64,000 nucleotides of DNA from an uncultured Methylomirabilota bacterium. GTDB taxonomy: Bacteria > Methylomirabilota > Methylomirabilia > Methylomirabilales > 2-02-FULL-66-22. The translations under genes were made by a program, and so were the position numbers. Where the stretch lies: the NCBI GenBank assembly GCA_963845565.1, contig CAWJSJ010000001.1:1-64000 (forward strand), given 5' to 3'. Shown piece after piece: positions 20,327 through 29,532 of this stretch. The stretch's first letter is position 1. Each line of letters starts with the position of its first letter. Under the pieces are notes generated by a model, which did not search any database, was not told the DNA's origin, and worked only from the letters and a program-made list of their open reading frames with translations.

Positions 20327-23312
20327 CTACGGCCCCACCGTGAACCCCTGCCCGCCACTCCAGTTCCCATATCCGGCCGGGTTCCAGCTTTGCACCCACC
20401 AGGTGGCGGCGCCCGGGGCGAGCGGGGTCGCGGGGGTGCTGCGGCAGGTCCCGCCGGCGCACCCCAGGGCCGAGGCGGGATACCACTGCTGGAGACGGGT
20501 CCCCGTACTGTCATTGACCCACAGGTAGTACCAGGTGGCGGTGGGCACCGCCGTCCAGGTGTACGTCGGGGTCGAGGTCCCGATCGTCCCCGTGGGGGCG
20601 AGGAGCCCACTCACCGCGGGGGGGACCCCCAGCGCGGGCACCGTGAAGCCCAGCCCGCTGCTCCAGGGCCCGTACCCCGCGCTGTTCCAGGTCTGCACCC
20701 ACCAGGTGGCCGCGCCCGGGGCAAGGAGGGTGCTCGGGGTCACGCTGCAGGTCCCGCCGGCCGCACAGCCGACGCTGGCCGCGGCGTACCAGGTCTGGAC
20801 CTTGGTCCCGGTGGCGTCCACGACCCAGAGGTAGTACCAGGTGGCCGTGGGCACCGCGGTCCAGGTGTAGGTCGGCGTCGTCGTCCCAAGGACCCCGGTG
20901 GGGGCGGTGAGGATGGCGGCGGGGGGCGGGGCGGGGAGGGTGAAGGTAGCGGTCACCGTCCGCGCCTGGGTCATCTCCACGGTGCAGGTGCCTGTGCCGC
21001 TACACTCTTCCCCGCTCCAGCCGGTGAAGGTGGCGCCGGCCTCCGGGGTGGCGGTGAGGGTGACGGGGGTGCCGTCGGGATAGGACTCGGTGCAGTCGGC
21101 GCCGCAATTGATTCCCGCGGGGCTCGACATTACAGTGCCAGTGCCGGTGCCGGTTCTCGCTATAGAGAGGATCACGTTGGGTACCGTTCCGGGCATCATG
21201 AGAAACAGCGTGATCGAGCTGGCGGGGAAGGTAGCGCTGAAACCACTTTCGGTCACCGATTGATCCGGCAGCCGCACGATGGCGTTTGGAATAGCAGCGC
21301 TGTACCGATACGCCGCGACTGCCGGAGTCGGAGTGAAACCGGCAAGGCTGACGTCGCTCGTCAGGCTGTTGGCAGTCTTGTTGATGACGACGACGGTCAA
21401 CGCATCATCGGTGCTCCGCTGTGCCGCGTACACGGACACACGCTCCTGGTCAGCACTGTTCGCCTGGACACTCACGTCGCCAAAGCCGCTCCCCGTGTCG
21501 TCGTAATTGCGGTAGATGCGGAATGCGAAGGCGCCAGGTTCGTCTATGGATGGCGGTCCCCACAATGTTGCCAGATCGAGACCTTCGCGGCCGAAGATCC
21601 CCAGGAGATCGGCCTGCGCCAACGCCCCGTTGATGTGATCGAGAGCGCCCCAGTTGTATTCCGTGATCGCGAGCCGGGTACCGGCGTAATTCATGGCGAC
21701 CCATTCTTTCATTCGCGGAATCAGCCGTACCGCAACACCGCCCGGCGCGGTATCCGAGATCCAGCTCTCGTCAAGGTAGGATGCGTCCCACAGGGACCGG
21801 GTGGAGCGAAGCCGCAACGCCTGCGTGGCGGCGTTTCCAGCCGAGGAGAGTGCCACGCCGCTCGCCTGGGGATAATGGTGCAGATCAAGGTAGTCCAGCA
21901 GACGGACGCCGTGCTGCTGTTCGTACGCCCGCACCTGTTGCAGATACCACGGGACGAAGTAAAGGTTCCCATGGGTTTGGAAGTCCTGGCCGACGCTGCA
22001 GCCGTCGCGGGCAGAATAGAAATATGCGCACCATCCCCACAGCACCGGACCGAGCGTCTTCGCGGAAGGGTCGACCGCCTTGATGGCCGCTGCGTATCCG
22101 TAGGTGAGGTCACGGATTTCATCATAACCGACCGCGTGCGGATGCACGTCGCGATGCGTGCTGTTCCAGAGCATCGGTTCGTTGTCGAGGTTGTAGTAGG
22201 CGACGCCCCCCTGTGCGGCCGAGCCGTACTTCGCCGAGAGGTGCGTGATCCAGTCGGCGACGAACGGCGGTCCGATCTCGACACTGGTGTCGTGGGGATC
22301 GTTGCCGGTAAGAGCGCCTCCCCCGGCGAGTACCCCGTTGCCGCAGTCGGCGTCCCACGGGTCGACGGACTGCTGTTGGCCGTACACCGACACCTTGAAA
22401 CCGCAATCATAGGGGTGAGTCGCAAGTCGGCGTTTGGGCGCCCACCCGATGAGCGGAACGGTCAGGAGCGTCCTCGTGCCCGTGCGCCGGTCCTGCTCGA
22501 CAAAACGGTCGACGGTCGAACCGTCGGGCAACGCCGCAGGATTGGAATTCTGATCGGGGATGTTCTCGAAATACCAGTCGCTACCGGCGTTATGTGTGTC
22601 GTTCTGCCAGTTGTACCGGCTGGTGGAGTTCCCTCCCCACCGGCGAACCGGCAGTCGCAGGGCCGTCGCCAGTTCTTCCGTCGCGAAGTTCATCCCATAA
22701 ATGTCCTCGCTGATGGCATGCCGTGCAGCGCGGGCATCGATGCTCAATGCGGGCCCGGTCTCTGGCGCAGGTGGCGGGGGCGGAGGGCCGGCAACTGCAA
22801 CCAGGACGATGTCGTCGAGGTAAAAGGTTGGCTGGACGCCCCCACTGGTGTCCTGCCAATACAGGCCCTCGAGAGACGATGGACCGCCGAGGGCGGAGAA
22901 CGGCACCGTGACCTGCGTCCATAGGTTTGCCTGGAGCGGTCACCGGAAATACGTTGTTCCCATCCCCGTTGGCGACAACGCGTAGCGCCTGATTCCCCGC
23001 GCCGCCGCCGTGTATCCAGAAGCGGAGCGACTCATACGACGTCAGATCAACGGAAGCATCGACGTGCAGATAGAGCCCCGCCCACGCTCCGGTATATGTG
23101 ACCGCCAGGGAATGTGCGCCGCCATGCACGGGCGCGATAGCCGAAAAAGATGTCGTGGTGTTCCACGACCAGTTGGTCCAGCCAGTGGCCAGGCCATCGC
23201 CAAAGATCGTGAGATCCGCACCAGCCGCCGCACCACCGCACGTCACAATAACGGAGGCGCAAGCGAAAACCGCGACAACTATCCAAACGGCTGTACGGAA
23301 GAGACGTTTCGT
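20327..23312 (-). CDS. Secreted glycoside hydrolase family 44 (endoglucanase/xyloglucanase-like) with an N-terminal CBM-like domain, an InlB B-repeat-like domain and 2 conserved C-terminal modules (frameshift near 22930)
   Basis: GH44-type motifs ISEDIYGMNF, RRWGGNSTSRYNW, DWYFEN, YNLDNEPMLWNSTHRDVHP, LDYLDLHHYPQ, RLRSTRSLWD, LAITEYNWG, AQADLLGIFGREG. The N-terminal piece lies in ORF 22590-23417, with AAGGAGG followed by ACG at 23312. Confidence 0.88.
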
Positions 23313-23403
23313 AGCGGATCCCTCCTTTTCAGACAAGGCATACGGGATCAGAGAGGTGAGTGGCCCGCGCGCACAACGGGTGTCTGGCGTGTGCAGCTTC
23401 CAA

Positions 23404-24984
23404 TCACCGGCCATCATTGACCATGAAATCCATCCCGTTGCTCCACGGACCGTAACCCGCGGGGTTCCATGTCTGGACCCACCACGTGGCTGCGCCTTGG
23501 GTGAGGGGGATGCTCGGCGTCACGCTGCAGGGACCGGTTCCTGCCCCGCACCCCGCCTGAGCGGCGGTGACCCACTGCTGGACCTTGGCGCTCTGGACGC
23601 TGTCATTGACCCAGAGGAGATACCACGTAGCCGTCGGGACGGCATTCCAGGTGTAGACGAGCATATTCGCGGGAACGATTCCGCTCGGCGTGACCAGCGT
23701 GGCCACGGACGGCGGCCCGACGTTGACGGTGAAGTTCGCCGCGACACTCCAGGGGCTGTATCCGGACGGACTCCACGTCTGGACCCACCACGTGGCCGGA
23801 CCCGGGACGAGCGTGGTGGTCGGCGTGAAGCTGCACTCGCCCGCCCCGGTCGCGCACCCCGCCTGAGAGGCGGTTACCCACTGCTGGACCTTGGCACTCT
23901 GGACGCTGTCATTGACCCAGAGGAGGTACCACGTAGCCGTCGCGACCGCGTTCCAGGTGTAGGTCGGGGTCATCGTGGCGACCGATTCCGTGGGCGACAG
24001 CAAGGTTGCCGCCACCGGAGGCCCGCCGAGTGGTTGGCGTGCTTGGCCCGAGTCAGCGTTCACGATCAACGGGGACTCGTCCACGGCCTCGAAGTCCGAG
24101 CCCTTCACGCGTTTCAGGTCATTCACGAGCACATCGTCATTCCAGTGGGGATTCGGCGCTCCCGAGATGTACCAAGCAGAACCGTTGTCGGCCAGGATCA
24201 TCCCATACTTCTTCAAGGCCCGCAGGATGACTTGAACGTCAGGAGAGAAGGTCGAGAGATTGAAGTTCGCCTTGAGCCGGAACCGCTTCCCCATGGGAGG
24301 ATATTGGGACGACGTAAGGCTGGACGCGTAGTGGCGTGCCGGCCACACGAATCTGCGTTGTGTCTGCGGTGCGGTGAAGCGCAGAGCGTGGCGAATTTCG
24401 CCGGCAGCCACCTCCTCGTATCGTACCAATCCCGGCAGAATGGGGAGACCCGCCGCATCCGCCGAGGTCCACCCGCTCGGTCGAAGTTGATGCGAACGAA
24501 GATCGAAGATCGCGCCCGATCCCGCCTGCCAGCTTCCGTCCGGTTGCGGGTAGGAGGAAAACGTTTCGTAGAGGATGCAGTTGTTCGTATCCAGCGCAAG
24601 GACGTGCCGGTCGCCGGTCGAACTGCTCCCGCCTTCGATCGCAGCGTCGGGCGGGAGAGGGTAGGGACCGGGGTCGCTCTCGTCGTCGTATTCGAATGAG
24701 ACGTTCACCCGCGGCTGGTTTCCGGGAACCAGGGTGTAGGGAATGCCGATCGGGCCGTCGTTCCAGAGGGAGGCGCCAAAGTCCGGATGGACGGTTTTCT
24801 CCGATCCGATCGTCGCGATATAGGCAGACGAGCTGCTATCAACTGGAAGGTGATCCACGGGAGTATTCCACACGTTGTCGGCAGGGAATAACGGACATCC
24901 GGCCAGGGATGGCGCCGCGTGGGCCGATGGATGCCCAACGATCAGACTCCCCAGGGCGAGTGTGACGACAAGCAATCGGTTCAT
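23404..24984 (-). CDS. Secreted protein with an uncharacterised ~330-aa globular domain and 2 conserved C-terminal modules
   Basis: Signal peptide MNRLLVVTLALGSLIVGHPSAHA. Domain motifs FPADNVWNTPVD, YDDESDPGPYP, GDRHVL, WTSADAAGLPILPGLVRYEEV..GEIRHALRFT, ALKKYGMILADNG. Confidence 0.8.
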   Translation of the reverse strand: MNRLLVVTLALGSLIVGHPSAHAAPSLAGCPLFPADNVWNTPVDHLPVDSSSSAYIATIGSEKTVHPDFGASLWNDGPIGIPYTLVPGNQPRVNVSFEYDDESDPGPYPLPPDAAIEGGSSSTGDRHVLALDTNNCILYETFSSYPQPDGSWQAGSGAIFDLRSHQLRPSGWTSADAAGLPILPGLVRYEEVAAGEIRHALRFTAPQTQRRFVWPARHYASSLTSSQYPPMGKRFRLKANFNLSTFSPDVQVILRALKKYGMILADNGSAWYISGAPNPHWNDDVLVNDLKRVKGSDFEAVDESPLIVNADSGQARQPLGGPPVAATLLSPTESVATMTPTYTWNAVATATWYLLWVNDSVQSAKVQQWVTASQAGCATGAGECSFTPTTTLVPGPATWWVQTWSPSGYSPWSVAANFTVNVGPPSVATLVTPSGIVPANMLVYTWNAVPTATWYLLWVNDSVQSAKVQQWVTAAQAGCGAGTGPCSVTPSIPLTQGAATWWVQTWNPAGYGPWSNGMDFMVNDGR

Positions 24985-25094
24985 GGCAGCAACCTTCCCG
25001 ATGCGAGTGAAGATGCACACCCTAAGAGATCCTTCCCGAACGACTTCGCGCGGGTTTCCCACCCCACCGTCGTGAATCGAGTGTTCATCTGCAG

Positions 25095-25130
25095 AACCGC
25101 GGCCCGCGGAACACCCCGCGGGCCGCGGTT
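25095..25130. terminator. GC-rich intergenic hairpin (terminator or mRNA-stabilising stem)
   Basis: AACCGCGGCCCGCGG / CCGCGGGCCGCGGTT forms a perfect 15-bp stem just after the stop at 25157. Confidence 0.55.
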
Positions 25131-25156
25131 TGTGCGCGAATCTCCAACTCAGGACA

Positions 25157-26902
25157 CTAGGGTCCGCTCACCGTGAAGCCCTGCCCGTTGCTCCACGGCC
25201 CGTAGCCGGCGGGGCTCCACACCTGGACCCACCAGGTGGCGGGGCCAAGGGCGATGGCCGTGCTGGGGGTGTAGGTGCAGGTCCCAGTGCCGGTGCCGCA
25301 GCCCGCGGTGCTGGCCTCCATCCACACCTGGACCTTGGTCCCGGTGGTGTCCTCCACCCAGAGGTAGTACCAGGTCATGCCGGGGACCGCCTGCCAGGTA
25401 TAGGTGGGGGTGGTGTCGGTGGTGGCCCCGCTCGGGCTCACGAGGGTGGCCATGGTGGAGGGGAGCGTGACTGTGAAATCCATCCCCTGGCTCCAGGTGC
25501 CATAGCCGGTCGAGTCCCCCCACCACTGGATCCACCAGGTGGCGGTGCCGGGAGCGAGGGGGACGCTCGGGGCCACGGTGCAGTTGCCCCCCCCGGCGCA
25601 GCCCACCCCGGCCGCGGTGTACCAGATATCGATCTTTTTGGCTTGCGCGCTGTCGTTGACCCAGAGCTCGTACCAGGTCGCCCCGGGGACCGCGGTCCAG
25701 GTGTAGATGGGGGTGGCCTCGATCCCGGCGCCGGTGGGGGTGAGGAGGGTAGCGGCAGGGGGTGGGGCTTGCGTGAGCATGAATCCCCGCTTCTGCCCGT
25801 TCAGTGTTCCGAGCCCGACAATCTGGCCTTGGTCGTTGATGGCACGCGCATAGGTCAGAACCCACCCGGATTGTTCCGCGATGAGGTCATTGAGGTCCCG
25901 GACTCCGTTCACAGCGTCAAAAATGAACCCGTGCTCGACAGCCTCGGGGCCGGGGTCCGACCACATGATGCCGACCATTTGCCCCGAATTGTTGATTCCG
26001 TAAAACTCCCCATACGGAAACCCGGCGGGCATTTGAACCTGCGTCGGAGTCGCAGAGCGACTCTGCCAGAAAAATGGAAGGGACTGATTCGTATCAACGA
26101 TCACGTGACCGGCGATCAGGCCGGCATCGTTGATTGCAACGGCATACCACTCACCCGTGAAGTTGGAGTCCTGGGCCAGTGCCTGCATTCCGTTCGTGGT
26201 GTCAAAGACAAAGGGTAGGAAATTGAAAGAGGCATCATTCGCGGTTCCGACCACGTCTCCCTGCGTATTGATACCGTAGGCAATGCTGTAGCCATTCTGA
26301 TACTCGGGCCACGCCGTGGTGAGCGTTCCGAGATCCTGGATTCCGCCGCCGACGTCGTAGAGAAAAGCATGAAACCGTATTTCTGGTGGTGATCCGGAAT
26401 CCTCGGGGATGTCCGCATTCCCTACCACAATGCCCGAATCATTGATGCCGTATGCAGTGCTGGTTGGTCCACTCACTTGGGTGGTCGAATTCGTCAGCGT
26501 CCCGATGTCCGTGATCTGATTTCCCGGGACATCCCACCACACGGCGCGTTGCTGTGCGCTCTGGTCGTACGAGTAGCCTGACGCCCGTCCGTTTTCGTTG
26601 ACGTCCCAGGCCACGCTTTCGCCGGACAGAGTCGGCAGGGCACGGACGCCATTCGTGGCATCCCAGATGAACGCTTCTCGGTCTTCACGGGTCCCTGTCT
26701 CGGAGAGGTTGTACGAACTGCCAACCACCTGTCCCGCGTTGTTGATTCCCAACGCGACGGTGCCTTCCTTCCCGGGGAGCGGAGGAATGGCGACCGCGTC
26801 GTACTCGTACGCCGCCACCATCGAACCCCAGGGCAGCGTCAACACCATGGCGCCAAGCACCCACGCCGTCGCCCGACAACGGAACCGTTTAGAAGTAGTC
26901 AT
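25157..26902 (-). CDS. Secreted HAF-repeat (extracellular repeat) protein with 2 conserved C-terminal modules
   Basis: Signal peptide; repeated A.(G/A)IN..G.VVG...HAF(L/I)(Y/W)D...G(I/M).DLGTL motifs; ends GQGFTVSGP. Confidence 0.85.
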   Translation of the reverse strand: MTTSKRFRCRATAWVLGAMVLTLPWGSMVAAYEYDAVAIPPLPGKEGTVALGINNAGQVVGSSYNLSETGTREDREAFIWDATNGVRALPTLSGESVAWDVNENGRASGYSYDQSAQQRAVWWDVPGNQITDIGTLTNSTTQVSGPTSTAYGINDSGIVVGNADIPEDSGSPPEIRFHAFLYDVGGGIQDLGTLTTAWPEYQNGYSIAYGINTQGDVVGTANDASFNFLPFVFDTTNGMQALAQDSNFTGEWYAVAINDAGLIAGHVIVDTNQSLPFFWQSRSATPTQVQMPAGFPYGEFYGINNSGQMVGIMWSDPGPEAVEHGFIFDAVNGVRDLNDLIAEQSGWVLTYARAINDQGQIVGLGTLNGQKRGFMLTQAPPPAATLLTPTGAGIEATPIYTWTAVPGATWYELWVNDSAQAKKIDIWYTAAGVGCAGGGNCTVAPSVPLAPGTATWWIQWWGDSTGYGTWSQGMDFTVTLPSTMATLVSPSGATTDTTPTYTWQAVPGMTWYYLWVEDTTGTKVQVWMEASTAGCGTGTGTCTYTPSTAIALGPATWWVQVWSPAGYGPWSNGQGFTVSGP

Positions 26903-27107
26903 CGCGCCGTCCTTTGCTGGAGAATGTTGGCTGGCGGAATTTCGTGGTCCCCCCCTAGACTACCACAAATCCGCTCAAACCTTCCTGGTCCTCATCCTGA
27001 ATTGCTCCGGCGCCACCGTTCCGGTCGCGAACATCGCATTTGCCGCTACCGCTCCGCTTGGTGCAGTCAGTCGGTGCCTCGTGCGAGTGCGGTGCTGTCG
27101 TGTGGCG

Positions 27108-29222
27108 TCAAGGATTGATCGTGAAACTCACGCTGCCGCTCCAGGGGCCGTACCCGGCGCTGTTCCATGTCTGGACCCACCAGGTGGCTGCACCCCGTGC
27201 CAGCGGCGTGTTTGAAATGGCAGTGCACGTGCCGCTCGTACACCCGAGGGCGCTCGCCTCGTACCATTGCTTGACTTTCCCGCTTCCCGTCGCGTCATTG
27301 ACCCAGAGGAAATACCAGGTGGCGGTGGGGACGGCGGTCCAGGTGTGGGCAGGTGTCGTGGTGCTGATGGTACCGGTTGGGGCGGCCAGGGTCGTGACGG
27401 CCGCGGGTGATCCGAGCGTCGGCACCGCGAAGTTCAATCCGCTGCTCCAGGGACCGTAGCCTGCCGCGTTCCAGGTCTGCACCCACCAGGTGGCCGCGCC
27501 AGGTGCGAGGACGTTCCCTGGAGTGGTGCTGCAGGCGCCCGTGCCGCCCGCGCAGCCTGCGCTGCTCGCCTCGTACCATTGCTTGACTTTCCCGCTTCCC
27601 GTCGCGTCATTGACCCAGAGGAAATACCAGGTGGCGGTGGGGACGGCGGTCCAGGTGTAGGCGGGCGTGGCTGTCCCAATCGCCCCGGAAGGGGAGACCG
27701 GCATGGCGGCAGAGGGCAGCAGCACGAATGTCGCACTCACGCTTCGCGCCTGGCTCATCGTGACCGTGCAGGGACTGGTCCCCACGCACGCCCCGCTCCA
27801 ACCCGTAAAGGTGCTTCCCGTTGCCGGGATGGCTGTCAGTGTGACGCCCGTTCCCGAGCTGAAACTTGCAGTGCAGGTCGAACCACACGCGATACCCGCC
27901 GGGGCCGAGGTGACGTTGCCGCTCCCGTTGCCTGTCAGGGTAAGGGTGAGAGGGAACCCTGGGTACACCGCTTTCAGCCCATCCGTATCGTCTTGCCGCA
28001 GGGAGGCGCCACGCGCATCGAAGTGCGCCATGGGATACATGGTTGCAGTGGAGTCCGACGAATGGCCCAAACCCAAAACGTGGCCGAGTTCATGCGTGGC
28101 GACTTCCGCGAAATTTGCAAAGTTCTCGTAGACCCCGCATCCTGTCCAGCCGTCATTGAAGACCAGGTCACCTTCCGTGATACGGTAGAAGGTTGTTCCA
28201 TTGAGTGTGCGAGTTTGTGAGCTCGTATAATAGAAGCCCCCCACGGCGAGCGTTCCCGAGCAGTGCGACGGTGGGTCCATATCGCCGAGAGGATCTGCAA
28301 AAGACACGGCGTTGATACCGTCACGCTGAAAACCCACTGCGTCGGTCCAGCCCCCTTCTTGATAATGGAACGCGGAACCCGGCACGACGCTCCAGGCTTG
28401 AATAGCGGCTCGGACTTGGTCAAAACCATTCGTTGGGGCACGCGGCTCCCCGGTCGAGTTGATCTTCATTGATATTGGGTTGTTCGTATCGGGTTCGAAC
28501 CATCGCGCGGGGCCCATGAAGGCAAACTGCTCCTGGACGCCGCCAAGCGTTGTATCCACTGAATTCCCTGGGGTGAGCACACTCTGCGAATGTTGCGACC
28601 CATGTGATTGGTGCCGTCGAATCCGATCCTTGAGGCCCTGCAGGCGATGTGCCTCTGCTTGAGCCGCCGCCTGCGAGGCCCCCTGTGTTACCCTGGGGAG
28701 GGCGTGAACCCCGGCTGGCGTTTCTCTGGTGGCGTACTCCACCCCGGAAGCGAGATCGAGAGAGACTGTGAACTTCCCTTGATAGAGATGCGCGACGCGA
28801 AGGCTTCCATCGCGGTCCGCTCTCAGGAATAACAGCACTTTCTCCCCAATCGCAAAGTGCGGGCTTCCTGCGACCCAGGAGTGTTGATCACCGAAGGAGC
28901 CTCCAAGCTGTCGCAAGGCGATGTCGCCGACCGGGATCTCCCCCTTGAGAACCTCCTCGATGGCGACGGTGATATGGGTGTAGATGGTGGCGCGGCGCCG
29001 ATCTTCGGCCCCCTGGATCGAAGTCACCTGACCGATGACGATCGCTGCAGCATCCTCTATCAGAGCGTCCTCCGAAAGTGGGACTATGATCGTGGCATCG
29101 GCCAATGAACCTGCTGCCACAGACAGGAGCAGGACAAGCACAGCACAGCCCCACCAACCTTTAATTGGAGCCAACCCGCCAAGATGCGGTGAGACTCGGC
29201 GACCGAGATCCGCCTCTTCCAT
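27108..29222 (-). CDS. Secreted matrixin-type (M10-like, metzincin) zinc metalloprotease with an InlB B-repeat-like domain and 2 conserved C-terminal modules; start uncertain
   Basis: HELGHVLGLGH (HExxHxxGxxH) and Met-turn ATMYP; hydrophobic signal VLVLLLSVAAGSLADA; ends SVSFTINP. Confidence 0.87.
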   Translation of the reverse strand: MEEADLGRRVSPHLGGLAPIKGWWGCAVLVLLLSVAAGSLADATIIVPLSEDALIEDAAAIVIGQVTSIQGAEDRRRATIYTHITVAIEEVLKGEIPVGDIALRQLGGSFGDQHSWVAGSPHFAIGEKVLLFLRADRDGSLRVAHLYQGKFTVSLDLASGVEYATRETPAGVHALPRVTQGASQAAAQAEAHRLQGLKDRIRRHQSHGSQHSQSVLTPGNSVDTTLGGVQEQFAFMGPARWFEPDTNNPISMKINSTGEPRAPTNGFDQVRAAIQAWSVVPGSAFHYQEGGWTDAVGFQRDGINAVSFADPLGDMDPPSHCSGTLAVGGFYYTSSQTRTLNGTTFYRITEGDLVFNDGWTGCGVYENFANFAEVATHELGHVLGLGHSSDSTATMYPMAHFDARGASLRQDDTDGLKAVYPGFPLTLTLTGNGSGNVTSAPAGIACGSTCTASFSSGTGVTLTAIPATGSTFTGWSGACVGTSPCTVTMSQARSVSATFVLLPSAAMPVSPSGAIGTATPAYTWTAVPTATWYFLWVNDATGSGKVKQWYEASSAGCAGGTGACSTTPGNVLAPGAATWWVQTWNAAGYGPWSSGLNFAVPTLGSPAAVTTLAAPTGTISTTTPAHTWTAVPTATWYFLWVNDATGSGKVKQWYEASALGCTSGTCTAISNTPLARGAATWWVQTWNSAGYGPWSGSVSFTINP

Positions 29223-29476
29223 GGCCTTCCCCTTCATGCCTCGTGCGTAGCCACGCTCACTGGGCGAGGGCCGCCCAACCCGATAACCGGTAGGACCTCG
29301 TTGGGAAGTTGTCCACTGGGCGCCTTCGAGCCATGAGGGGGATCTTGGCGACAGCGTCACATTGCCTGTGAAAGGACGAAAAAAGCAGGAGGCCGTTCGG
29401 GGGATTAACGAGCAGAGGAGGGACTGCCAGCGCAACAGCATGACCTTTCGGCCTTCCGGAAGGCGTCACGACTTCG

Positions 29477-29517
29477 GGGCCACGACGGCTGGATGCTGCG
29501 CATCACCGTCGTGGCCC
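29477..29517. terminator. Intergenic hairpin after the Fn3/InlB-repeat gene
   Basis: GGGCCACGACGG...CCGTCGTGGCCC forms a 12-bp stem with an inner GATGC/GCATC stem; no clear U-tract. Confidence 0.45.
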
Positions 29518-29532
29518 ATTCTGGTTCGGTAT

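Noticed and set aside
20390..22924. Long antisense ORFs (this 844-aa ORF; also 38159-41521, 34791-37073, 56276-58450 and others)
   Set aside because: They are shadows of well-supported genes on the opposite strand in high-GC DNA, with Arg/Gly/Pro-rich translations and no motifs.
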